Positions 8,694 through 17,284 are shown, counted from the first letter of the stretch. The stretch: DNA of 64,000 nucleotides from an uncultured Gammaproteobacteria bacterium (GCA_963696465.1 CAVOKC010000005.1:37562-101561), one strand, 5' to 3'. The notes: a model not told the origin generated them from the letters alone. Translations and numbers: made by a program.

Positions 8694-9893
8694 TCAGTTC
8701 GAATCGGTCTGTTGATTAGGGTTTTGCTTCGACCAGCCGGACGCTGTGGACGGTGGCTGGGCAAAGATCCGCTCGCCTACCATCAAACCAGAGAGCACTG
8801 AAACCTGCTGGCCAGCGACATATTCGCCCAACCGGATCAGGCGTAATTGCGGCTGATTATTTTCGTCCAGTACATAGACTGCGGGTAATGCGCCGCGCCA
8901 TAGGACAGCGGAGTCTGGAATAACCGGCACTACGGTTGTGGGTGCGGAACTGTCCGGCAACATGACTTCCGCGTACATGCCAGGCCCGCCTGGCACCCCC
9001 TCAGGCAGATCGAATTTGACGGTGACCGTGTGACGAACCTCATCCGCAGAAGGGAAGATCTGCGCCACGCGAGCTTCTACGCGAGTATTGCCGACATCAA
9101 GCCGTGCCGGCACCAGCATGCCCTTGCTGAGACTCGGCATAAGCCTGGATGGCACATCAACACGCACTTGTAGATAGGTCGTATCTGCATACTCCAACAA
9201 CTGCATGCCTGGCTGAACCGTGTCACCGACCTCGATGACCTTCTTGACGATCACGCCATCGAAGGGCGCGAAAGACCGCGCGTCGCGCAACCGTGCATCA
9301 ATCTGATCAATCTGTGAACGTGCGGTAAGTTCGCCACTCTGGGCCTGACTCAGTCGCGAACCGTAACTGTAAAGATCCGCTTGGCGATCTACATAGCGAT
9401 CACCGCCAGCGTTGCCCGGCATCGCATTCGAGAATGGCTGAGTGAACATCTGATCGAACATGGATGGCATGCCCATACCACCGGAGCGATACAGGCTTTT
9501 TCCCTGGGGCGAGATGAGTTCGCGCGAGTACTGCATCTGCGCATTGCCGATCTCCGCCTGTGCATTGCCAAGTTGCGCCAACGCCGCCCGACGCTGCGCC
9601 AGCAGATCGTCGTCATCAATGGCCACCAGAATATCCTGGGCCTTGAAGCGATCCCCTTCGGTACCGGCTATGAATTCGATCCGTCCGGCTATCTGCGCCG
9701 TTAGCGTCACTTGCTTATAGGCAACCACCGAACCACCAATTGTTACCGAAGCACCGGTCTGCGCTGGCTGTACAACAATGACAGCCGACGTATTTACTGC
9801 TGCAGCGGGCGCGCTGATACTCGGCTGTGCCTGACTTGAGGTACAAAACACAGCTGCGATCCCAGCCAGAATTATTTGTGTCGTTTTATTCAT
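8694..9893 (-). CDS. RND periplasmic adaptor (membrane fusion protein, HlyD_D23-like)
   Basis: 399-aa ORF with signal peptide MNKTTQIILAGIAAVFCTSSQA. It contains a lipoyl/alpha-hairpin/beta-barrel pattern (GRIEFIAGTEGDRFKAQDILVAIDDDDLLAQRRAALAQL ... APFDGVIVKKVIEVGDTVQPG). It is 21 nt upstream of the RND permease. Confidence 0.85.
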   Translation of the reverse strand: MNKTTQIILAGIAAVFCTSSQAQPSISAPAAAVNTSAVIVVQPAQTGASVTIGGSVVAYKQVTLTAQIAGRIEFIAGTEGDRFKAQDILVAIDDDDLLAQRRAALAQLGNAQAEIGNAQMQYSRELISPQGKSLYRSGGMGMPSMFDQMFTQPFSNAMPGNAGGDRYVDRQADLYSYGSRLSQAQSGELTARSQIDQIDARLRDARSFAPFDGVIVKKVIEVGDTVQPGMQLLEYADTTYLQVRVDVPSRLMPSLSKGMLVPARLDVGNTRVEARVAQIFPSADEVRHTVTVKFDLPEGVPGGPGMYAEVMLPDSSAPTTVVPVIPDSAVLWRGALPAVYVLDENNQPQLRLIRLGEYVAGQQVSVLSGLMVGERIFAQPPSTASGWSKQNPNQQTDSN

Positions 9894-10182
9894 TTCTACG
9901 CACTCTTCCTAATCTGACTGGATCAACTAGGTAACCCAGCCGGCCCAGAAAAAAATCGGATCTGATCACCTCACCGCAAACAGGCTGATGCAGGTGTACA
10001 GCCATGCCTTCATCGTGCTTAAAAAGCTAGACGGATTGCGTACACAGAGAAAAACGTAATTTGACGATGCCTGAGTTGTAGCGCACACGACACCGCTGCA
10101 ATGCTTGAGCGGGATTGAGCGGTATCTACGACTGGTATGCATGCCACCTAGAGTGCTCCCCACGTACGGCTGATTCGTTATG

Positions 10183-10204
10183 TGCGTTCTGTCAAGAGAA
10201 CGCA
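10183..10204 (-). promoter_or_regulatory. 8-bp-stem inverted repeat just downstream of the sigma-54 promoter (leader hairpin or operator)
   Basis: TGCGTTCT-gtcaag-AGAACGCA lies ~8-30 nt downstream of the predicted start point of the minus-strand transcript. Confidence 0.3.
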
Positions 10205-10222
10205 TAATTTGCTAATTTCAAT

Positions 10223-10238
10223 TGCAGTCTCCATGCCA
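10223..10238 (-). promoter_or_regulatory. sigma-54 (-24/-12) promoter facing the RND operon
   Basis: The minus strand reads CCTGGCATGGAGACTGCAAT. The -24 GG and -12 GC have canonical spacing, and it matches YTGGCACGrNNNTTGCW at all but two weakly conserved positions. It sits ~330 nt upstream of the adaptor ATG (9893), and a sigma-54 activator gene is divergent from it. Confidence 0.6.
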
Positions 10239-10362
10239 GGCTATAACTGACTGTTATTCATATGTTTTTATCATCGTCAAGGCATTGTCATGCAACACTA
10301 ATCCACACGATGTTTCTGTATTAGCTTTATGATTATGCGTAGGTTTAACATTTGGGCATTGC

Positions 10363-10399
10363 GTTGCACTGCCTATGCAACAGGTGCATCAGTTGCAAC
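10363..10399. promoter_or_regulatory. candidate enhancer (UAS) sites: GTTGCA-N7-TGCAAC palindrome plus an adjacent GTTGCAAC
   Basis: GTTGCActgcctaTGCAAC (10363-10381) and gTGCAtcagTTGCAAC (10384-10399) lie 125-175 bp upstream of the -24 element. A further TGCAAC half-site is at 10291-10296. The position is typical for bEBP binding sites. Confidence 0.4.
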
Positions 10400-10642
10400 G
10401 CCGCGACATAATGAGCGCTCACTACGGATGCAGCGTAAACATGCATGATTCAATCTTGGGTACATGCTGCGTAGCACCCGCCGAAAAGAAACTCAGCGAG
10501 CTTTGCGGGCGAGGTGAAGCCATCCAGGCTGGCGCCAAGCATAAATTCAACAGATTGCTTTACGTAGTGCACCTCGCACTGGCACGTTGGCGAAATATTT
10601 CTGTGCACCGTCAATAATTACGCCAGCACCTATCTTGCTTGC

Positions 10643-11995
10643 TTGAGCTTCGAGGTACTCATGGACACACTTGCACAGCTGACTCCACTCATAGATGCCG
10701 TTGTATCGCATATCCATGAAGGCGTTATTCTTACCGACAGTCGTGGCGCGATTCTGTATAACAATCAGGCCGCCTGCCGACTACTCGGACTCAGCACTCT
10801 CACGTCAGTACATGAAATCAAGCAGAATACCGGCGTCAATTTACCAAAGTCGATTCTGCGTGCAGCTATTGATGCTGGTGATAAAGATGCCGCAGCACGG
10901 CCGTCGATTGATGCACTGGATTTCGAACAGCGTGTTACCTGCGATGGCATAACTCGCTTTGTTCAATTCAAAACCAGAACACTCTTGCTACCTGGAAGCA
11001 CTAATAAAGTCAGATTAATCGTACTCTCGGATATCTCCGAAAGGCGCAAGCTGGAAGCCGTTTTTCACGACAATATGAACAGCGGGCTAATTACACAGGC
11101 ACCGCAAATGTACGAAATCACCGACACAATCGAACAGGTTGCGCCGACGCGAGCGCCCATTGTTCTGCAAGGCGAATCAGGAACCGGAAAAACGCTATTC
11201 GCGCGCATGATCCATAGCAAAAGTAGCTGCAGTAATGGTCCACTGGTCGAGGTTAACTGTGCGGCGATCCCTGAAACGCTCCTGGAGTCGGAATTATTCG
11301 GTCATGTGAAGGGGGCTTTCACCGGGGCGATCAGCGACCGGGCAGGCCGATTACAGGCTGCGAATGGTGGAACTCTTTTTCTCGACGAAATCAGCGAGAT
11401 TCCTTTGCACCTACAGCCAAAGCTTCTCAAAGCATTAGAGGAACAGTGTTTCCAAATGGTAGGGTCGGACAAGAATATTCAAGTGGATATTCGCATCATC
11501 GCCGCCACAAATCGGAATCTGCGCGATATGGTTGATGCTGGCGAATTTCGTGCAGATCTTTACTATCGCCTTGCCGTCATTCCCGTTTACGTGCCCGCAT
11601 TGCGAGAGCGACTCGGCGATATCCCCCTACTGATACGACACATCTTCGACCGATTGGTGAGCAGAGGCTATCCTGACAATGTACAGTTTTCCGAAGACGT
11701 CATGCGGTTACTGATGGACTATCCTTGGCCCGGAAATGTGCGAGAACTTGCCAATGCCATCGAGCACGGGTTAATCCTTGCTAAGAATGGCCGCATCACT
11801 CCGCTCTGCCTGCCCGCAGATGTACGAAACTACTCTAATTACCCACACGCCGACGAAGACCATTTGGAACAGCAACGGCACGAAATTGAGGATGCCCTGA
11901 TCAAAGCCCAAGGCAACCGCGCTGAAGCCGCACGTGCTTTGGGAATTGATCGCAGCACGCTCTGGCGCCGGATGCAGCGACTTGGGTTAGCATAA
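10643..11995 (+). CDS. sigma-54-dependent Fis-family transcriptional activator (PAS - AAA+ - HTH), copy 1
   Basis: 450-aa ORF with an N-terminal PAS-like ~130 aa. The AAA+ domain carries Walker A GESGTGKT, the GAFTGA sigma-54 contact loop and Walker B LFLDE. The C-terminal HTH is [24 protein letters not shown]. The ORF-track start is TTG 10643; ATG 10661 (MDTLAQL) aligns with the paralog start MDALAHL. Confidence 0.9.
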   Translation: MSFEVLMDTLAQLTPLIDAVVSHIHEGVILTDSRGAILYNNQAACRLLGLSTLTSVHEIKQNTGVNLPKSILRAAIDAGDKDAAARPSIDALDFEQRVTCDGITRFVQFKTRTLLLPGSTNKVRLIVLSDISERRKLEAVFHDNMNSGLITQAPQMYEITDTIEQVAPTRAPIVLQGESGTGKTLFARMIHSKSSCSNGPLVEVNCAAIPETLLESELFGHVKGAFTGAISDRAGRLQAANGGTLFLDEISEIPLHLQPKLLKALEEQCFQMVGSDKNIQVDIRIIAATNRNLRDMVDAGEFRADLYYRLAVIPVYVPALRERLGDIPLLIRHIFDRLVSRGYPDNVQFSEDVMRLLMDYPWPGNVRELANAIEHGLILAKNGRITPLCLPADVRNYSNYPHADEDHLEQQRHEIEDALIKAQGNRAEAARALGIDRSTLWRRMQRLGLA

Positions 11996-12104
11996 TTAAA
12001 TATAATCAGTTAGTTATAATATTTTTATGGCAAACAACTATTGATTAGTAATTTCTAATGTACTAAAATACTGTTCAACAGAATTGAGCAGGGTCACATA
12101 TATT

Positions 12105-12212
12105 ATGATGTTCTTCGACACATTAACTTTGCTAGGTTTTCTTTTCGCTGTCGCCGCCTTAGCCGCCATGTTCTGGGCGATAGGTAACTGCCAGCGTTCT
12201 GGTAGCTGCTAA
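12105..12212 (+). CDS. possible 35-aa hydrophobic peptide (speculative)
   Basis: ATG ATG ... TAA encodes MMFFDTLTLLGFLFAVAALAAMFWAIGNCQRSGSC, one TM-like helix with a Cys-containing tail. It sits in a conspicuously AT-rich spacer. The SD is weak (GAGCAGGG). A 10-bp-stem hairpin follows at 12213-12250. Confidence 0.2.
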   Translation: MMFFDTLTLLGFLFAVAALAAMFWAIGNCQRSGSC

Positions 12213-12272
12213 CCTAAAGTACATCCTAAAAGTACATAAAGTACTTTAGGGATTCGCCAAGCACTGCGGCCG

Positions 12273-12301
12273 TTGACCCAACCCGGGTGCAGCTCTAGAA
12301 T
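12273..12301 (+). promoter_or_regulatory. sigma-70-type promoter upstream of tRNA-Val
   Basis: TTGACC (12273-12278), a 17-bp spacer, then TAGAAT (12296-12301). The tRNA starts 62 nt downstream of the -10. Confidence 0.5.
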
Positions 12302-12363
12302 GCCGTCTCCCGACAGTGGCTATATCCGGCCGCGGGGTCTGCAGTAGTATCAGAAGCAAATAT

Positions 12364-12438
12364 GGGCGCGTAGCTCAGCGGGAGAGCACTCCCTTCACAC
12401 GGGAGGGGTCACAGGTTCAATCCCTGTCGCGCCCACCA
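12364..12438 (+). tRNA. tRNA-Val (anticodon CAC)
   Basis: Manual cloverleaf: acceptor GGGCGCG/CGCGCCC, D-arm GCTC-AGCGGGA-GAGC, anticodon arm CTCCC-TTCACAC-GGGAG (CAC at positions 34-36), variable loop GGGTC, T-arm ACAGG-TTCAATC-CCTGT, discriminator A and an encoded CCA. Confidence 0.9.
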
Positions 12439-12839
12439 TATTTGCCAACCATTTCAAAAATTTCTGCGTGATATGGTATGGCCCGGGGTGGCCCGTACTG
12501 ATACCACCGCCCTCATCTATCTGAATAATTATCTAGTGTCTGCACCAGCCAGGCACACACATCCGGCGTACTGCAACCCACCGTGCGGTATAGTGCGCAC
12601 CAGTTCCGAGATGCGTGGCGAAGATAAAGAGGCCAAGCACCTGGGCCCCGGATCGCTGGACGGCTCGCGAACGGCAAGCACAACGGATACGAAAAGCCCA
12701 GCGCCCATTGGCGCGCGCGCTGTTTCGGCAAGACATCGCCTGCCACTAAATCCACACCGTAGACTATAACTAGCGCATGACAAGAATCTTGACTATGATC
12801 CATTCAATCGAATGATAAAAATCATATCCTGGATATGCG

Positions 12840-14189
12840 GTGGAGGGGTCGCTGATGGATGCGTTAGCACATCTGACATTACTAATGGGCCTTGTTGTCT
12901 CACGCATACGGGACGGCGTAGTGCTCACAGACAATCTTGGTTCCGTCCTATACATCAATCTTGCTGCCTGCTGTCTCTTGGGAATTCCACGTCCCACTGA
13001 TGCACAACCGCTCGCAATCAATCCCAACGTGCAGCTACCTGGCGCATTGCTGAATGCAACTCGAACTTGCTGCGCCAAGCATTCCGCGCAACTGACGGAT
13101 AACCAGCCCCGATATTTCGTCAAGCAACGCATCGAAAACAACGGCGTTACCCGCTTGGTCAACATAGAGATGACCACCGTAACCTTGCCGGACAGCCCCA
13201 CGCCGATGCATCTCATGCTTGTTTCTGATGCAGATGTCAGGCATCGGCCTGCATTAGAGACTCCGCAGACTGTTGCCAGTGATCTGTTCACTGAAACCCC
13301 GCGCATGCTTGAGATCCGTGAGACGCTTGAGCAGATCGCACCGACGATGGCTTCCGTTCTGTTGCAGGGTGAATCTGGCACGGGCAAGACCTTGCTGGCA
13401 CGCATGATCCATGAGCGCAGTGCCCGGGGAAATGCGCCACTGATTGAAGTCAACTGCGCTGCCATTCCAGATAATCTCCTGGAATCTGAACTCTTCGGGC
13501 ATGTGAAGGGCGCCTTCACCGGCGCCGTCAGCGATCGCCCCGGCCGACTGCAGGCGGCTGACGGTGGCACCTTGTTTCTCGACGAGGTGAGCGAGATCCC
13601 GTTGCAACTACAACCGAAACTGCTGAAGGCGTTGGAAGAAAAATGTTTTCAGATGGTGGGTTCGGATAAAAACACCCGCGTCAATGTGCGCATCATCGCT
13701 GCCAGTAACCGTAACCTGCGTGATTTGGTCGATGCCGGTGCTTTCCGTGCCGATCTGTATTATCGGCTCGCCGTGTTCTCACTCACTGTCCCGGCTCTGC
13801 GGGAACGCCCGGACGACATCCCGGCACTGATTCAGCACCTGCACCGGCGCTTCGTCGAACGCGGTTATCCGGGGCTAAAATATTCCGCCGATGCCATGGC
13901 GATGCTGCTTAACTATCCTTGGCCGGGTAACGTTCGCGAGCTGGCCAATGCCGTGGAGCACGCCATGATCCTGGCGAAGGACGGACTGATATCATCAAAA
14001 TGCCTGCCGGGAGATATCCATGATTATCATCTGCGCAAAAACGCATTCTCGCAGCCTGAACAAAAGCCGCGCTGGGAAATCTCGGAAGCTTTAGAGGCCG
14101 CTAATGGCAATCGCGCGGAGGCTGCGCGCATGCTGGGCATCGACCGCACGACATTGTGGCGGCGTATGCACCGCCTGGGATTGTCGTAG
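12840..14189 (+). CDS. sigma-54-dependent Fis-family transcriptional activator (PAS - AAA+ - HTH), copy 2
   Basis: 449-aa ORF collinear with copy 1 ([43 protein letters not shown]). By eye about three quarters of central-domain residues are identical. The likely start is ATG 12855 (MDALAHL). Confidence 0.9.
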   Translation: MEGSLMDALAHLTLLMGLVVSRIRDGVVLTDNLGSVLYINLAACCLLGIPRPTDAQPLAINPNVQLPGALLNATRTCCAKHSAQLTDNQPRYFVKQRIENNGVTRLVNIEMTTVTLPDSPTPMHLMLVSDADVRHRPALETPQTVASDLFTETPRMLEIRETLEQIAPTMASVLLQGESGTGKTLLARMIHERSARGNAPLIEVNCAAIPDNLLESELFGHVKGAFTGAVSDRPGRLQAADGGTLFLDEVSEIPLQLQPKLLKALEEKCFQMVGSDKNTRVNVRIIAASNRNLRDLVDAGAFRADLYYRLAVFSLTVPALRERPDDIPALIQHLHRRFVERGYPGLKYSADAMAMLLNYPWPGNVRELANAVEHAMILAKDGLISSKCLPGDIHDYHLRKNAFSQPEQKPRWEISEALEAANGNRAEAARMLGIDRTTLWRRMHRLGLS

Positions 14190-14196
14190 TCCGAAT

Positions 14197-14215
14197 TTGC
14201 ATCGCGCCGATGCAA
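14197..14215. other. perfect 8-bp-stem palindrome between convergent genes
   Basis: TTGCATCG-cgc-CGATGCAA. There is no flanking T-run on either strand, so it could be a weak bidirectional terminator or a protein-binding site. Confidence 0.3.
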
Positions 14216-14227
14216 TGTACCAGGTTG

Positions 14228-14731
14228 TCAGACGAAAGGCCGGCCTGCTGCACACTCACCAGAGGTAGCCGTGCGGATGTCGAGCACCTCGAACGTGAAC
14301 TCGAGCGGTAATCCGGCCCAGGGATGATTCCCGTCCAGCTGAACCTGATCAGACTCGACGCGTACGACCGTAAACGGGTGTTCACGGCCGTCAGACAATT
14401 CGCCGAACAGCACGCACCCCGGTGTGAGTTCTTCTTCGTCGGGAAGGCTATGCCTAGACTGAACGATGACCAAAGCGGGATCACGCACTCCGTAGCCATC
14501 CTCCGGTTCGAGGGCGACCACTGCACGCTCACCACAGCGAAGCCCGGTGAGCGCCTGCTCCACCCGTGGGAAGACACCGCCAAATCTACCGTGCAAATAC
14601 CAAAGGTCTTCGCCGTATTGAAGCAGTTCCCGGTTGTCGCGCCGCCGCGCCCAGAAGCGCAGACGGACGGCGTGGCCTGCGGCCACGGCGGCAATATCAG
14701 AAGTCACTGCTATATTTAAGCTTGTGGACAT
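14228..14731 (-). CDS. FKBP-type peptidyl-prolyl isomerase, SlyD-like (no His-rich tail)
   Basis: 167-aa ORF collinear with SlyD, including YLHGRFGGVFPRVEQALTGLRCGERAVVALEPEDGYG and VQLDGNHPWAGLPLEFTFEVLDIR. These correspond to SlyD YLHGHG..GLE.AL.G and VDGNHMLAGQNL.F.VEV. Confidence 0.75.
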   Translation of the reverse strand: MSTSLNIAVTSDIAAVAAGHAVRLRFWARRRDNRELLQYGEDLWYLHGRFGGVFPRVEQALTGLRCGERAVVALEPEDGYGVRDPALVIVQSRHSLPDEEELTPGCVLFGELSDGREHPFTVVRVESDQVQLDGNHPWAGLPLEFTFEVLDIRTATSGECAAGRPFV

Positions 14732-14899
14732 GATTCAGGAATCCTGCGTAAGGTATACGCGTACTGGTTGCGGATAAATCCTGTAACGGCAGAGCGTTTT
14801 GGATCTACAGGAAGAAAGTCTACGGACTGCCCATCCGGGGCCGGGTAGCCGTGAGACCTAATAACTTAAATAGGACCCTGATAGCTGGAGGATGTGACC

Positions 14900-15295
14900 A
14901 TGGCAGAACTATTTTCAGAAGAATGGATGAAAAGCTTCATGGCAAAATGGAATGCCGACCCCGATCTCGCCGGCGCGCTCGGCAAGATCGGATTCAATTC
15001 CATAATCGGCTACGGCTTTGACGGTGAGACCAATCCGCGCGGCGTGCTCAAAGTGGACAACGGCCATGCGGTCGACGCCGGCCCCTATACTGGTCAGGAG
15101 TTGAACTGGGATCTGCGCGCAGCACCGGAACACTGGAACAAATGGCTGCGTGACCCGCCGGGCATGATGGGTCTGGGCATGGCCTACACCTCGCGCAAAC
15201 TCAAATTCAAGGTGGGCGACTATGGCGCGATGGTCAAAGACCCACGCATGGCAGGACCGTTCATCAAGAGCTTCAGTGTGATGGGTACGGCCTGA
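14900..15295 (+). CDS. SCP2 (sterol carrier protein 2-like) domain protein
   Basis: ATG 14900 with a GGAGGA SD 7 nt upstream (the ORF-track start is GTG 14894). The sequence WMKSFMAKWNADPDLAGALGKIGFNSIIGYGF...YTSRKLKFKVGDYGAMVKDPRMAGPFIKSF is typical of small SCP2 proteins. Confidence 0.7.
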   Translation: MAELFSEEWMKSFMAKWNADPDLAGALGKIGFNSIIGYGFDGETNPRGVLKVDNGHAVDAGPYTGQELNWDLRAAPEHWNKWLRDPPGMMGLGMAYTSRKLKFKVGDYGAMVKDPRMAGPFIKSFSVMGTA

Positions 15296-15436
15296 GGTAT
15301 GCGGCAATGGGGGTGACGGGTGCAAGCACCGATCCCCGCCGCCCCCAATCCGAATTTCCTATCTGAATTTTCTATCTATTGAATTGCTATCGCGTACAAT
15401 TGAGCCGCTTTGTGCAAGGGTAATCCCCCTTTCACG

Positions 15437-15466
15437 AAAAAAAGAAGGGCGGCGGAGCCGCCCTTC
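15437..15466 (-). terminator. Rho-independent terminator of the cytochrome gene
   Basis: The minus strand reads GAAGGGCGGC-tcc-GCCGCCCTTC followed by TTTTTTT, 22 nt after the TAA at 15488-15490. Confidence 0.8.
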
Positions 15467-15487
15467 GTCAGTTGGTATGACTTGGCC

Positions 15488-17284
15488 TTATTTCTGCTTG
15501 TGGCAGAACCCGCAACCCACCGGTGTACCCTCGGCGATAGTGGCAGTCCCGTCGGCGCAGTCGGTGTTGTAGGGGGCGATGCCCTGCGTGTTCTTGCAGG
15601 TCACTACACGGACGGCGGAGGTCTTCGACAGCACGCTGCCGGTCAGCTTGCCGGTCGCCGTGTTCATGTGGCAGATCTTGCAGTCCGCGAATTGACCAGC
15701 GGTGGAGTTCTTGTGGTTGAGGTTCCACCGGTGGTCGTTGACCGGATGCATACCGTGAGGCCCACCCAAACCGAGCGGCATCGTGAGCTCCCCATTCGCG
15801 CCCCGGGTGTGGCAGGCGTCGCATTCCTGAATCTTGCCGTCGTGGCCCTGAATCTGCTGGGCGGTCCGGTTGTCGTTGGCCCGCGGATTCCCCATTGGCC
15901 ATTCCGCGTGGGTGGCGCCGTGGCAACCCTCGCACATTACACCGCCGTGGCCGGTGCTCACCCGGTAGAGCTGCGGGTTACCCGCGCCCGGGTTTGCGAA
16001 CCCATTGAACGAGACAGGGACCGAAGGCTCCGCGAAGCGCTTGTTGGTCGGCACGATAGGCGTCGCCTTGGGGTCGTTGGTGCGGAAAGCCACTCGCAAG
16101 CGGACGTTGTCGCTCACGCCCGCAGTATCCTTCGTGTTCTTCACCACGTTCGCGGTGTTCGCCAAATTGCTCACGGCGTCGCCGCTGTGGCAAGAACCAC
16201 AACCCGGCTCGTTGGCCCACGGCACCCGCGGGGTGGCGGGATTGGTGTAGAAGTCGTTAGCCAGGATGAATGCGCCCGGGTTGGTTGGAGAAACATTCTT
16301 GGTGAAGTCGTCACCCACGTGCTTCATGTTCCCGTGGCAATCGTTGCAGAGCATTTCTCCGGTACGCATGGCCCCGCGCAAGCACTTGGTGGTCTTGCCC
16401 GGGTGACATTGATAACAGGTTGCATCGAGCGCTGCCACACGGGCGGCCTGGTTGGTGACCATGCCGTTCGCGTCCTGGGTCGGCAGCGGCATGTCGGGGA
16501 AGAGCAAGCTGTTTGCATTATATCCCGTATCGCCTGGTGAGCGCCCGTTCGTGTCGAGGTTGCCATGGTGCCAGTGCATCACGCGGGAGTTGCTTTGGTG
16601 TGCGACCTGGTTGCGGCCGTTGGCGATGGTGCCCACAGGACCGGCCAGTGGTCCTAATTGCGCCAAGTCCAGGGCCGGGGTGTAGTGACAGACCTGGCAG
16701 ACCACCGGCTTTTCCTGAACCAGCGCCTTGTTAATGAGACAGTTGGTGTTGCCGTTCGGGCTGGACGAGCTGATCACGCACGCAGTCGACTGACCTGTGG
16801 GGCCGACATACTTCGACCCGTGCCTCAGGTCATGCAGACGCAGGACATTGATGTCAGTCGCGTACTCGATGCTGACGTTCTCAGGTACGTCGACTGAAGC
16901 CGGGTCCGCCAACTGGTTTACCACCGGCAGGCCAGCGCTTGTCAGGCCAGCCGTTGCCACGCCCTTGGTCGGGCTGTCCGGGACATCCAATGCCGCGGCG
17001 TGACAGTTTTTACAGCTCGCCTCGCCGGAAATGGGGAGCACAGTGTCCAACGTCGCCAGAAGGGTGCCGCCGGTCTTCGTTTTCGCCTGCACCCGCACCA
17101 GCGGGTAGGCGTTCTCGCGACCTTTGTTGTCCCAGGCCGCATAGGGCACACCGGCCGCCTCGAACCATTTGAGATTCTGTGCCACGTAGCCAAATGGGAA
17201 GTTCACGAAGAACGGCTTGACCTCGTAATACTCGTTGGCAGATTGGGGCACGTTGGCATTGTAGGGGCTGGTTATACCAGGCAT
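15488..17284 (-). CDS. multihaem c-type cytochrome, nine CXXCH (intact C-terminal two thirds of a larger gene)
   Basis: The 598-aa ORF contains CKNCH, CQVCH, CYQCH, CNDCH, CGSCH, CEGCH, CDACH, CKICH and CGFCH. It has no signal peptide of its own. Its coding sequence continues upstream in shifted frames (see next feature). Confidence 0.85.
   Translation of the reverse strand: MPGITSPYNANVPQSANEYYEVKPFFVNFPFGYVAQNLKWFEAAGVPYAAWDNKGRENAYPLVRVQAKTKTGGTLLATLDTVLPISGEASCKNCHAAALDVPDSPTKGVATAGLTSAGLPVVNQLADPASVDVPENVSIEYATDINVLRLHDLRHGSKYVGPTGQSTACVISSSSPNGNTNCLINKALVQEKPVVCQVCHYTPALDLAQLGPLAGPVGTIANGRNQVAHQSNSRVMHWHHGNLDTNGRSPGDTGYNANSLLFPDMPLPTQDANGMVTNQAARVAALDATCYQCHPGKTTKCLRGAMRTGEMLCNDCHGNMKHVGDDFTKNVSPTNPGAFILANDFYTNPATPRVPWANEPGCGSCHSGDAVSNLANTANVVKNTKDTAGVSDNVRLRVAFRTNDPKATPIVPTNKRFAEPSVPVSFNGFANPGAGNPQLYRVSTGHGGVMCEGCHGATHAEWPMGNPRANDNRTAQQIQGHDGKIQECDACHTRGANGELTMPLGLGGPHGMHPVNDHRWNLNHKNSTAGQFADCKICHMNTATGKLTGSVLSKTSAVRVVTCKNTQGIAPYNTDCADGTATIAEGTPVGCGFCHKQK

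Noticed and set aside
9966-10205. 79-aa minus-strand ORF between the sigma-54 promoter and the RND adaptor gene
   Set aside because: It has no SD, an odd Cys/Ser/Thr-rich composition and no recognisable fold or family. It is more likely a long untranslated leader.
14840-14860. GG-N10-GC element on the minus strand (CGGCCCCGGATGGGCA) upstream of the SlyD-like gene, as a second sigma-54 promoter
   Set aside because: Only the invariant dinucleotides match. The flanking TGGCAC and TTGCA consensus positions are mostly wrong, so this is expected by chance in GC-rich DNA.
15410-16540. 376-aa plus-strand ORF, and similar long ORFs at 4164..5207, 6708..7658, 24400..25479, 32257..33276, 38164..38952 and 55225..55983
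   Set aside because: They lie antisense to, or out of frame within, strongly supported genes (cytochrome, RND, AcrA, LolA/RarA, VWA, LigA). Their Arg/Gly/His-rich composition has no motifs, which is the typical shadow-ORF artefact of GC-rich DNA.
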